Shown: in pieces, positions 52,905-64,000 of the stretch
Numbering within the stretch: the first letter of the stretch is position 1
Layout: each line of letters opens with the position of its first letter
NCBI RefSeq assembly: GCF_009914755.1
Contig: NC_060925.1
DNA length: 64,000 bases
Reading direction: 5' to 3' (one strand)
From: the human T2T-CHM13v2.0 reference genome, Homo sapiens
Notes under the pieces: generated by a model
Database searches by the model: none
What the model was told of the DNA's origin: nothing
Seen by the model: the letters and a program-made list of their open reading frames with translations, nothing else
Made by a program: the position numbers and the translations under genes

Positions 52905-54660
52905 TCTTTCATTCACTCAACACATACTTACGGGTACCTTCTATGTGCTAGGCACTGTTCTTGGTGGTAGAGATGTAGCAATGAACGAAATAACAAAAAT
53001 CTCTGCCCTTGAGCTGAGATTCTAGTAGAGGGAGACAGACACACAAGTGGAATGTAGAGCGTGCAGGATAGAAATAAGTGCCAAGGGGAAAGACAAAGTA
53101 GAAGGGGTGCCAGATTGGGAGTGGGTTTGAGTTTTTACACAGTGTGATCAGGAAGGGCCTAACTGAGCATATGTATTTGATTAAAGACCAAGAAGGATGA
53201 AGTAGGGGAGACCTGGGGAAGAGCCTGAGTGAGCCTGAGTGTAACTGGCAGAGGAAATGCCAGTTACAAAGCTCCTGGTTTTGACAAAAGGCAGGCAGGC
53301 CAGTGTGGCAAATGTGAAGTGAGTGAGGGGGAGATAAAGTGACAGGGGACAGCACGCAGGGTCTTGGAGTCATGGTAGACACTTTTTTTTTTTTTTTTTT
53401 AGTTGAAAAAGGAGGACTTACGAGTATTTTGAGTAGAGTGACCTGATCGGATCTATGCTCTAACAGAACTGCTCTAGATGCTTAGAGGTGACAGAGGAAG
53501 AGAGATTAACTAGAAGACACTTGCAATAGGCCAGGTGGGGGATGACGGTGGCTTAGGTGGCACTGGTAGCACTGGGGATGGTGGAAAGTGGGTATATTCC
53601 AGTTGTACTTGGAAGAGCCAATAGCATTTACTTCTGTATGGTATGTTGGGTATAGGTGGAAGAAGGCTCAAGAATGACACCCAAGTTTTTAGTCTGAGCA
53701 ATGAGCAGAATGGAGATGCCCTTTACTGATGTGGGATTGACTGTGGGAGGAGCAGGTTTCAGTGAGAGATCGGGAGCTCAGGTTTCATACATGTTAAATT
53801 TGAGATGCCTATTCGTCAAGCAGGAAGTAGAATTTACAAATCTGGGGTTCAAGGGAAGAGTCCAGGCTGCAGATAAAGATTTGGGAGTTGTCAGTATAGC
53901 AATTTCATTGTTGTTATTACTGTTGTTGTTTTGTAGAGATAGGGTCTCACTATGTTGCCCACGCTGGTCTTGAACTCCTGAGCTCAAGCGATCCTCCTGC
54001 TTCAGCCTCCCAAAGTGCTGGGATTACAGGCACGAGCTACTGTGTCCAGCCTAACAGTGTTTTTTTTTTTTAGGCCAAGAAACTGGCTGAAATCAACAAG
54101 AAATGATGGTATGTAGAAGAAAGAAGGAATCTAAGGACTAGTTCTTGACTGACAAACTCCAATGTTAAGAAGAATCAGAAGGCCAGGCTTGGTGGCTCAT
54201 GCCTGAAATCCCAGCACTTTGGGAGGCCAAGTTGAGTGGATTACCTGAGGTCAGGAGTTTGAGACCAACCCGGCCAACATGGCAAAACCCTGTCTCTACT
54301 AAAAATATAAAAATTAGCTAGGCATGATGGTGGGGGCCTGTAATTCCAGCTACTTAAGAGCTGAGTTAGGAGAATTGCTTGAATCTGGGAGGCAGAGGTT
54401 GCAGTGAGCCGAGATCATGCCACTGCACTCCAGCCTGGGGAACACAGTGAGACTCTGTCTCAGAAAAAAAACAAAAAAACAAAAAAAAAAAAAAAACAAG
54501 AAACAAACAGAAGATGAGAAGGAGAAGCCGGTGAGTAGGAAGAAACCCAGGAGAGAGTGGTGTGCTGGAGCCAAGTGAAGGAAGTGTTTGCAGGAGGAGG
54601 AACGGGTTTATGGTGTCAAATGCTCCCTATAGTTAAAGAAAGAACTGGCTATTGGATTGG
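52905..54660 (-). mobile_element. L2 LINE interrupted by a FLAM (53905-54052 -) and an AluS (54181-54510 +)
   Basis: ttcattcactcaac...gtgctaggcactgttc L2 tail in reverse; internal L2 motifs. Confidence 0.75.
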
Positions 54661-54669
54661 TATTGGCAT

Positions 54670-55390
54670 AAAGATGGTCGAATAGATCAATAGATGAGAA
54701 CAGAACCCACATATATATGATCAATTGATTGTCATTTACAATCAATGACAAAGGTGCCAAGGCAATTCAGTAGAGAAAAGAGTCTTTTCAACAAGTGGTA
54801 CTAGAACAATTGGATATCCATGTACAAAAAATTTTTGATCCATATCTCACACTATATACAGAAATTAACTCCGAATAGACTGAAGACCTAAACACAAAAC
54901 TTATGTTCGGAGTATATAAAGAGCTCTAGAAACTTTAATAAGAAGACCAACGACCTAATTAAAAATAAACAGAAGACTTGAACAGACACTTTAACTAAGA
55001 CAATACAGGGCTGGCAAATAAGTACTCGAAAAGTTGCTTAACATCATTAGTCATTAGGAAAATAAAGCCTCCATGAGATACCTCTACATACTGATTAGAA
55101 TGGCTGAAATTTAAAACAACTGACTATCAACTGTTGATGAGGATGTGAAGTAAGTGGAGATGTCAGACATTGCTGGTGGCATTGTAAAAGGACACAACCA
55201 CTTTGGAAAATAGTTTGGCAGTTTCTTACAAAGGTAAACATACGCCTACCACATGACCCAGCCATTCCACAACTAGGTATTTATCCAAGAGAAATGAAAG
55301 CATATGTTCCTGCTGAGACTTATAAATACAAGTTCATAGCATACTGTATGATTCCATTCATATAACATTCTTTAACAAAATTATAGACAG
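54670..55390 (+). mobile_element. Old L1M 3' fragment
   Basis: gacaaaggtgccaaggcaattca, ggaaaatagtttggcagtttctt, ctaggtatttatccaagagaaatgaaa. Confidence 0.8.
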
Positions 55391-55800
55391 GGAGATTGGG
55401 TGTCATTTCTACCACAAGCAGTGTTGCTAGGTAACACAGCTGATGGTTCAGTTAGGTTCCCAGGAACAAGGCTAGCAGAGGGATATACCAAGGCCATTTT
55501 TTTTTAAACCATAGAAAAGGAGAAAGGTGTTAATGCTTTAATCATAGATCTTAGAATGTGATCTAGCCAGGGATGTCAAAGCAGGCTTCCTTGAGAATGT
55601 AATGTTTCAGATGAGAGCTGAAGAATGGAAAGGAATAAACCAAATGAAGAGGGGAGAATGAATATTCCAGCAGTGGAAACGGTGTATTCACAGGCCTCGT
55701 GGAGGGAGGGGGCAGGCCTGCATGTTTGAAGGAGGCCTGGCTGAGTTCACTTGCTGGGGTCACTCCTGCCACTGGGCCACCCCGGGCAGCAGCTACTAAC

Positions 55801-56020
55801 CTCTTTTACTGCAGGTGGTCCCACGCAGACTCCAGACAGGGTTAGACTCAGAGGACTGCCTCCCTGGATGTAGCAGAGAATTTTTTTACAAAGGCTCTCC
55901 TTTCCCACCTCGGTGGGATGGTAGGTCACTTCAAAAGAAACCTCCATGCCTGAGGTAATATAGCCTTCTTCTGGGCTAATGGAGAAATGAGGCTCAAATT
56001 TTTTGATGTCCCATTTAAAC
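55801..56020 (-). CDS. HYDIN2: HYDIN-like exon (220 nt): (R)FKWDIKKFEPHFSISPEEGYITSGMEVSFEVTYHPTEVGKESLCKKILCYIQGGSPLSLTLSGVCVGPPAVKE
   Basis: Acceptor ...cttggaaaag|G (AAG-type), donor GAG|gttagt; within ORF 55747..56034. Confidence 0.92.
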
Positions 56021-56840
56021 CTTTTCCAAGACAAAAGAAGACAAGAAAGAGAGTTTATGGATGTTGTAAGGGTGTCCTCAATGCTACTGAGAACAAGAGA
56101 CTGCCTGGGCTGAGGTTCACCTCCCTTGAGTCTATCCTAGCACCTAGGAGGAGAAAGATCTCTGCCAGACAGAGCAGAAGCACTGGGGAATGTGGGCCAA
56201 GGTCACTTCCTGGGTAGGTGGACTTGGCTCCTTTGCAGAGCTGAGCCAAGGGCAGGAAGTGGCTGCATCTTATTATCCACGAGTGACACATCAGGGAACA
56301 TATGTATGAACACACATACACATGTGTCGTGTACTTAAGGTCACACAGCTAGGAAGTGGCTGGGCTAGGACAGAAATCCTTCTGGGACTGTGGTCTTAAC
56401 TGTTCCCTGCACTGCTTCTTGGTTCAGATCCTGGGGGATGGCGACAATCCCTTCCTGTGAGAGTTGCCTCTGTTCTGGGTGGCACTGGTATCCCATGGCC
56501 CTGTGTGGTCCTCCCTCTGTGGTTGGGCACTCGCTTATCTGTGAAATGGGTTGGTAGCAGTCTTGGTCTCATAGAACTGTAGTTGGATTAAATGATGTGT
56601 GCCATGTCAAGGCAGGAAACAGGCATGGACTAAATATCTTCTGTTATCTCAACTGTAGTAATCATAGTAGCAGCAATCACCCCAGTGAGGCCACTGCTGT
56701 CACATCTTGAGGGAAGCAGGGGGATGTAGAAGGGAGAGGACAGAAGTAAAAAGTGATTGCACTTGCAGAACAAGTCCAGGGCAGATACAGGGACAGCAGC
56801 CTCTGGGGCAGCCTCAGGGTGGGAGACACTGCTCCCTTAC

Positions 56841-57118
56841 CTTGCACCCACATCGCCTGTGTTCAACATGAGGATGCGACGCGTGGCTTGCGTCTGATAC
56901 ACCACGGGTCCAAAGGGAATATGTTCCTGGTCCAGTGAGATCTCCAGGGCCTGGCAGCAGCCGCTAAGGAGGAAGAGGGGGCGCAGGAGCCCCATGCATT
57001 CCATGAACACTTCCTCAGAGAAGGGAGGGACACGCTTCTTCGGGGCAAAGATGACTTCCAGTTTACAGACTTCTTTGGGCTTCAGTGTGATGTTGTGGAA
57101 GGGCGCCAGGGTGAGGAC
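56841..57118 (-). CDS. HYDIN2: HYDIN-like exon (278 nt): VLTLAPFHNITLKPKEVCKLEVIFAPKKRVPPFSEEVFMEC...RILMLNTGDVGA+AG
   Basis: Acceptor ttcag|GTC, donor AG|gtaagg; ASH-domain-like 'NTGDVGA' motif; within ORF 56837..57223. Confidence 0.94.
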
Positions 57119-57521
57119 CTGAATGAAATAGCACCCAGAGTCAGCAGCTGAGGGTGGGAGGCCCCTAAGGCCTCGGTTCCCGGAGTTCTTGCTGCTGCGA
57201 TTGGAACAGGGGTCAGATCTCACTCCTGCTCTCCCATCAGCTGTGTATGCTTTGGTAAATTACTTCAACTTTCTGTGACTTACTCTATGTTGAAGATTAA
57301 GATCATCTCTATAAAATTTGTAGCACATAATAGATATTTAATAAGTATCATTTCCCTTTCCTGACCCTTTCCTAACTTATTTTGTGTACTTCCTTCTTTC
57401 TTCCTCCTCCCTGATACAGGAAATAGTAACGGGAAATAACAAACACTTAGAGCTCTGGCATTTCTCAAGGAGTGTTCCCTGCCTCAGTTTCCCTGTGTGG
57501 TTTTTAAAATGCAGATTCCAG

Positions 57522-58163
<642 letters not shown>

Positions 58164-58542
58164 AGGAATGTATCTTAAGCACAGAGTCATGCATGCACAA
58201 AGGCTTAAGGAGAAACACCTGAAATGAACGAAAATAGAGAACTGGGCTGTCTACACAACGGAGATGTAAATAAACAAATGACAATGAATGACATGGAAAA
58301 TGAAATGAAAATGCAAAATGAAAATATTGTTCGTTTTCACAAAAACAGTATGGGACTAGTGCACCCTGTAAAGCCCTATACTGTTTTTGTGAAAATGAAC
58401 AGAGGGAGCACAGGGAAGGCTCTTAGAATGGTCTGGCACATTACAGATGCACAAGAAATGTGAGCTGCTAGTGTTGCCAGCATGGCCATCCTCATCATCA
58501 GGGAGCATGAAGGGGCCGCTAGGAGCCCCTCTGAGCACCAAC

Positions 58543-58701
58543 CTTGGGTTCCTGGAGTTCTGGAATTGTGAACAGAATGGACTGATTAAATGTGAGCTGG
58601 GCCAGGCTGTTGTTCATGATGGAAACTGTTCTTTTCACAACCTGCCCTGGTAGGACAGCTCCCAACTTCACAATCCTGTTGGCTGGATCTAGGACTAAAA
58701 T
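58543..58701 (-). CDS. HYDIN2: HYDIN-like exon (159 nt): ILVLDPANRIVKLGAVLPGQVVKRTVSIMNNSLAQLTFNQSILFTIPELQEPK
   Basis: Acceptor cacag|ATT, donor AAG|gttggt; manual translation (not in the ORF track). Confidence 0.92.
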
Positions 58702-60557
58702 CTGTGGGACAAGAAAGAGTAGGAAGAAGAGTTCATTAGTTAAAGGGAAAAATAAACATTATATGTCTACTCTGGTGAGGCAAGGGTGGTTCCTTCTCTT
58801 TCTGTGCCCTCACTTCTTCATATTGGGTGGACATCTGCCTACTCAATAAGCATTTAAGTGCCTCAAGTGCCCACTGAACTCCTCATCACACAATTATACA
58901 AGTACAACTGGGTCAAAATATATGTAGGAAAATCTCAGGGCACCTTGAGAGCATATTACATGGGGCTGAAACTAGGCTAGGGGGCTCAGGGGGCCTTTCC
59001 AAAGATGGCATGTATACATCAAGAGCTAAAGAAAGGTATGGGCTAGTCAGTTTCAGCCAGAGTGAGTGTGGAATTGGGGAACAACCTAAGGCAGGGAGAC
59101 AACCTGTGGCCAGGCCCTGAGCCAGAGGGAGTGGCCCAGTGAAGGCCTGAGGCTGGGAGCTAGGACTTGAGAAGATGACTTCAGAGAGGTGGCCAGGTCT
59201 TGCAAGGCCTTTTAGGCCATTGCTGAGTGAGAAGTGGGAGAACTGGGCTTCATTCTGGGAGCAATGGGAAGTCAGTGAAGTATGGAGTGTTTGTGAGAGA
59301 GCTCTGGCTTCTTTACGGAGAATGGGCTTGAAGAGGGCAAGAAAGAAGGCAGGAGGGAGAGATGATGGTGGTTGGATTAGAACAGTGGCAGTAGAGGCAG
59401 AGAAAAGTAGTTATGCTTCCAAGTCCTCAGGTAAGACACTGATTAAAATGGTGCCTGGGTCAGGCCAAGGCCAGGCTGAGCCTGCTCTCCAAAATGGCAC
59501 TGACCCACAATGAGCAGCACCCACTGGTCACTGTCATGGTCAGTCACTAAATTGCACCCCTCCACCCAACTATCTTTAAACCCAGCCCACATGTTTCCAT
59601 TTTGTCTAAAAAGGCAAGAGAGTCTGTCCCACCAGTCATGAGCTCTTGGATGTCTGAGAACATGTGTAAGTCACTTCTGCATCTTCCCAAAATATCCAAT
59701 ACATAATGGGTGCTAAATGAACAAGTGAAAGACCAATAGGAAAATGAATGAATCAATGGCATCAGAAGCGACCTTGTCTCTAGCTTGGGTCCAGACACAT
59801 TAGCTGGTAATGTCCTGTTGCTCCTATGGCTTGATGGGAAGGCTGCCAGGAATACACCCCTCCCCTGGTTGCTGAAATATGCTATGCATTCCTGAAAGTC
59901 TTGGAAGGATTTTAATCTTCCAAAACCTTCTATTAAAATACAGATAATCCCACCAGACAAGCACCTTACACATTTACTAGACACAAGAAGGAAATGAATG
60001 AGCAGCAGAATATGACCATTCCCTTTCTATCCAGAGTGCCTCGGTAAAAGAAATGCCTTGAACCAAATATCATCCAGGGATCTGTGGCTGGCTGGAGAAT
60101 GCTAATCAATGGGGTGTTAAGGAAAGATGTTCCATCACTGAAACACGTGTCTGTGTACATTGCTTAAAAATGTTAAAAAAAAATGTTATCTATTAAACCT
60201 GAAAACAAACATGCCCTGATGCAGGAGGAAAAGGATATACTTGGGGTGCTGAGTCTGAAAGTCTCAAATTTCTCCAAGAAAAAGAATATTTCTCTAGTGT
60301 CTGTGATTACCTGTATCCTTTGATACAGTAAAGTTTGGTATTGAATAAGATCTATGATTCAGTGAGTCTGATCTGGTGATTTGCCCCTTTCTGTTATTAG
60401 GAACATCATCTCAGTGGGACTCGCTGACCTACAACAGAGCAGCCTGGGGCAGAGAAGCAGAGGGGCTGGAAGGGTGAAGGGGTTCTGGGGGGCAAAGAAG
60501 GATGAGAAGGGTAGAAAGGAGGGTGCCATGCCTGAAGGCCTCCCGACTGTCTGTTAC

Positions 60558-60756
60558 CTTCATTTCGGTACCCTTCCCTTTGATTTCGACTGTTTGTTGT
60601 GAGAGCCCATTGATTTCAAAGGGAATGAGTTCTTGATAGTTGATACTTTCTCGAGGATAAAAAGTTATTGGAATCTCCAATGTGTTTCCTGGCTTTACCA
60701 CATCAACACGGCAGTTCACCTCGAGGTGAGTGGTGTTGGTGTACAGACAATCTATG
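60558..60756 (-). CDS. HYDIN2: HYDIN-like exon (199 nt): (S)IDCLYTNTTHLEVNCRVDVVKPGNTLEIPITFYPRESINYQELIPFEINGLSQQTVEIKGKGTEMK
   Basis: Acceptor tctgcag|C, donor AAG|gtaaca; core of ORF 60429..60770. Confidence 0.93.
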
Positions 60757-60918
60757 CTGCAGAAAATCAAGAGGAAGAGGCGTAAGCTCCAAGAAGTCTG
60801 ACCCAGAGGGGCAGATGCTGTCTCCTTGTCTCTTTGGGCTGGACACTGATGGGTTTCCTGCCCTGCTGTCCTAGAGTCACAGAAGTCATTTAAGAGCTAG
60901 AAGGGAGCTCAGCAATGA

Positions 60919-61352
<434 letters not shown>

Positions 61353-62212
61353 TGATTTTCGATTTCTTGATAATGCAACTCATGGTTTTCTACACGAGGG
61401 TTTTGTACCCTCTCATAAGAAGGAAATGCTTCCAGAAGTAATTAGGTAACAAAGCACAGTAGGGAGGAGTATATGTTCTAGAGTCAGGCAGAGAGGAGTC
61501 TGGATCTAGGCTCCATCACTAATTACCCAAATGATCTCTGAAGAGTTATGTGGCCCACTTGGGTCTCTGTTTTCTTATCTGTAAAATGGGGGTAATGATA
61601 ACTATTTCTTAGGGCTGTTGTGAGGATTAAATGAGATTAAGTGACTGAAACAGTCATTAAATAGGGCACAGAGGAAATATTCCATAAAGTGAGCTATTAT
61701 TATTATGACTAATTGTTCAACCAGAAGGGATCTTAAAAGATCATGTCCACCCTACTCCACATGTGGGTAGGAAGGCACCTAGGCCTTTTCATTACAACCT
61801 CTCCTTCTCTGCCTTACAGTCTGTAGAGAAGGAGTCTAGCTAGGCCAACATATAGAGCTCAATGCCTTAAGCAAAGTAAGACTGAGATTACATTAAATCA
61901 TGCAAGAAGTATAGATAGATAAGATTTAAAATTAGTATTTAAAATTACATGACACACTTATAATTTAATATTCAGGGTACTAATAATAATCATAACAGCA
62001 GCAGCAGCAGCTAACAATAACTGGGCATTTCTTATGTTCCAGGCAGTGTTCTAAGCACTGTTCCTAGGTGAACTAATGTAATCATCCTAATAGTCTTATA
62101 TAGATGGTATTATTATGACTACCATTTCAGGCAAGGAGACAGAGGCATAGAGAGTTTTAAAAATTTGCCCAAGGTCACACAACTAGGGAAGAGTTGAAAT
62201 TTGAACTTAGAT

Positions 62213-62408
62213 CTGTGCTAGCTAATATGGTGGCCACTAGACACATGTGGTTATTAAAATTAAAATTAACATTAATTAAAATAAAATAAAAAATCAGTTC
62301 TTTAGTTTCGCTAGCCACATTTTAAGTGCTCTGAAGCCACATTCAGCTATAGGCCACCATATTGGACAATGCAAAAATACAACATTTTCATCATGATGGA
62401 AAGTTCTC
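62213..62408. mobile_element. MER3-like hAT DNA transposon
   Basis: ctgtgctagctaatatggtggccactag...ccatattggacaatgca...atggaaagttct. Confidence 0.75.
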
Positions 62409-62928
62409 TAAAGTACTGATAGATAGCTTTGAGTAAACACAGGTCTTTGGGCCAGCCCTTGGAGATTCTATCTCATTAGGTCTTGAATGGGGCTCAGAAC
62501 CTTGGACTAGAACATCCCACAGAGGGATGGTGCCAAGAGGCTGGATTTGAATCAGAAAGCTTAGGCTCAGTACAGGTCTGCTATTTACTGCAAAGCCACT
62601 GGCCTGAGAAATTTACCTTTTAACTCTTCAAACCTCAGTTTCCAAGTCTATTGCACGACAAGATAAATGGAAGTCATAAAACCTCTCATTAGGTCCTTTG
62701 GCATTGCTCTACATACTTCACAAAGAGGATTTTTAGCAGGGTAGCTCGTGGCTATCCAAGTATTAGTGTTAGTTATGGGGACAGGGACCTAGGATTCATA
62801 CCCACTTTTGTTTGACTCTTTCCCATAATCATTTTTTTTTTTTGTCTTGGCAGGGCTTCACCTGTGTGGAATCTGTAGGACCCACAAGCAGCTAGAGAAT
62901 CATTTGGAGGCTCTGGAAGCCTGCTTAC

Positions 62929-63098
62929 CTCATAGGTGTTTCTTCCTTGTTGGTAATTACCAGGGTTTGTTTGTATGGGGGCATCCCAGCTTGATAGATA
63001 AAGCAGGTCCCAAAGTTGTAGCTGGTGAAGGAGAAATGGATAGCCGGGCTCACAGCACAGCCTGAGATGTTGCACATAAATGTTGGACCATGGCTGAT
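62929..63098 (-). CDS. HYDIN2: HYDIN-like exon (170 nt): ISHGPTFMCNISGCAVSPAIHFSFTSYNFGTCFIYQAGMPPYKQTLVITNKEETPM+AG
   Basis: Acceptor cacag|ATC, donor AG|gtaagc; manual translation; phase matches the next exon. Confidence 0.92.
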
Positions 63099-63339
63099 CT
63101 GTGAGGAGGAAATGGCAGGGGGACCATGATTAGGAGAAGTAGGAGGAGAGGGCTCTTAAGTCCTCAGGTGAAGTAGGAAAGCAGTTGGTGCTTTAACAAG
63201 TACAGGTCTCAGGGTGCCATTTCCAGAGATTCCAATTCAGTAGGTTAGAAGTTTGTGTATTGAAGAAAAGTTCCTCTGTAATCAGGCCCTACATTGCCTC
63301 CCACTTTGCTCTTGCAGCAATGATTCAGCTTGAAGGCTC

Positions 63340-63740
63340 AGGGGTATACCAGGCACTGCTAGTTACTACCCAATATCCGCTCCCTATGGCTTCCTTCCTA
63401 GCAGGACTCTGATTGGATGCCCATGTGCCTAGGCGCAAATGCTTCATTTTACACCTTCCTTTGAAGCTCAGGATGGCCATCAGACATAGTTCCAGTCATT
63501 GAGATGTAAACAGAAGAGGACAAGAGGGTGTTCTATCTTGAATAAAGAGGCTAAGCCTTTCTGGGGAAGTTCTTTGCCTTCACACTCTTCCCCTTTCTTT
63601 TCACTCTGGAATGCAGACATAGGATGTCAGGTAGAATGGTCATCTTGTGACCAGGAGATGACAAGAAGGAGAACAAGGCTAATATGCCAAGGATGAAAGA
63701 GTGGAAAGATGGAAAGAGCACAGGTCATCATCTGGACTCT
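63340..63740. mobile_element. Old MLT1 (K/L-like) LTR
   Basis: tacccaatatcc...ggccatcagacatagttccagtcattgagatgtaaacagaag. Confidence 0.55.
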
Positions 63741-63865
63741 CAATCACAAGGTAATATGTGACTCATTGGTACATGAAGTTAATTTGCTCTTCACAAACTC
63801 CTCATAATGTGAATTTTCACAAATTGGTAATTGATTTCAAATAAATTATCTATTATTCATTCTAA

Positions 63866-63936
63866 GCATCATTAGAATAAACATTATTAGAATAAACAGT
63901 AGAATAAACATTCATTTTAAACATTATTAGAATAAG
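63866..63936. repeat. Short degenerate tandem repeat (~15-bp unit attagaataaacatt)
   Basis: Unit seen ~4 times. Confidence 0.7.
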
Positions 63937-64000
63937 TCAGCAGTCATTGGTACAAGCTATCATAAACAACTTTATACATTTAAAAACATTTTCTTATTCA

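Noticed and set aside
52766-57223. N-terminal extensions of ORFs 52544..52912 and 56837..57223 as coding sequence
   Set aside because: They lie upstream of the splice acceptors and are intronic; only the exon cores match HYDIN
63866-63936. CRISPR-like or functional repeat array
   Set aside because: Short degenerate tandem repeat without unique spacers, in a mammalian intron

Overview
Human (great-ape-type) genomic DNA, repeat-rich and mosaic. The right half (about 39.4-63.1 kb, minus strand) carries nine consecutive 3' exons of HYDIN (axonemal central-pair protein, ASH/Ig-like repeat region). They have canonical GT-AG ends and splice into an uninterrupted 1,785-nt (595-codon) frame. The two terminal HYDIN exons, which hold the stop codon and 3' UTR, are not found in the ~39 kb downstream. 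That region instead has CpG-rich promoter-like patches, two degenerate head-to-head tRNA-Gly(CCC) copies and mostly ancient repeats. This fits the 3' end of HYDIN2, the human-specific incomplete segmental duplicate at 1q21.1, plus its acceptor-site flank. Two candidate rearrangement junctions are visible. One is at ~32,494, where a decapitated Alu joins two non-contiguous L1 pieces. The other is a HERV-K LTR5 solo LTR (30,215-31,215) with mismatched flanks and no TSD. Other notable items: a full-length Tigger1 with nested insertions, a two-LTR MLT1 MaLR remnant, an Alu with an internal 34-bp fold-back duplication, and a twin-hairpin element at 14.2 kb. Repeat subfamily names and the locus identity come from recognition and were not database-verified.
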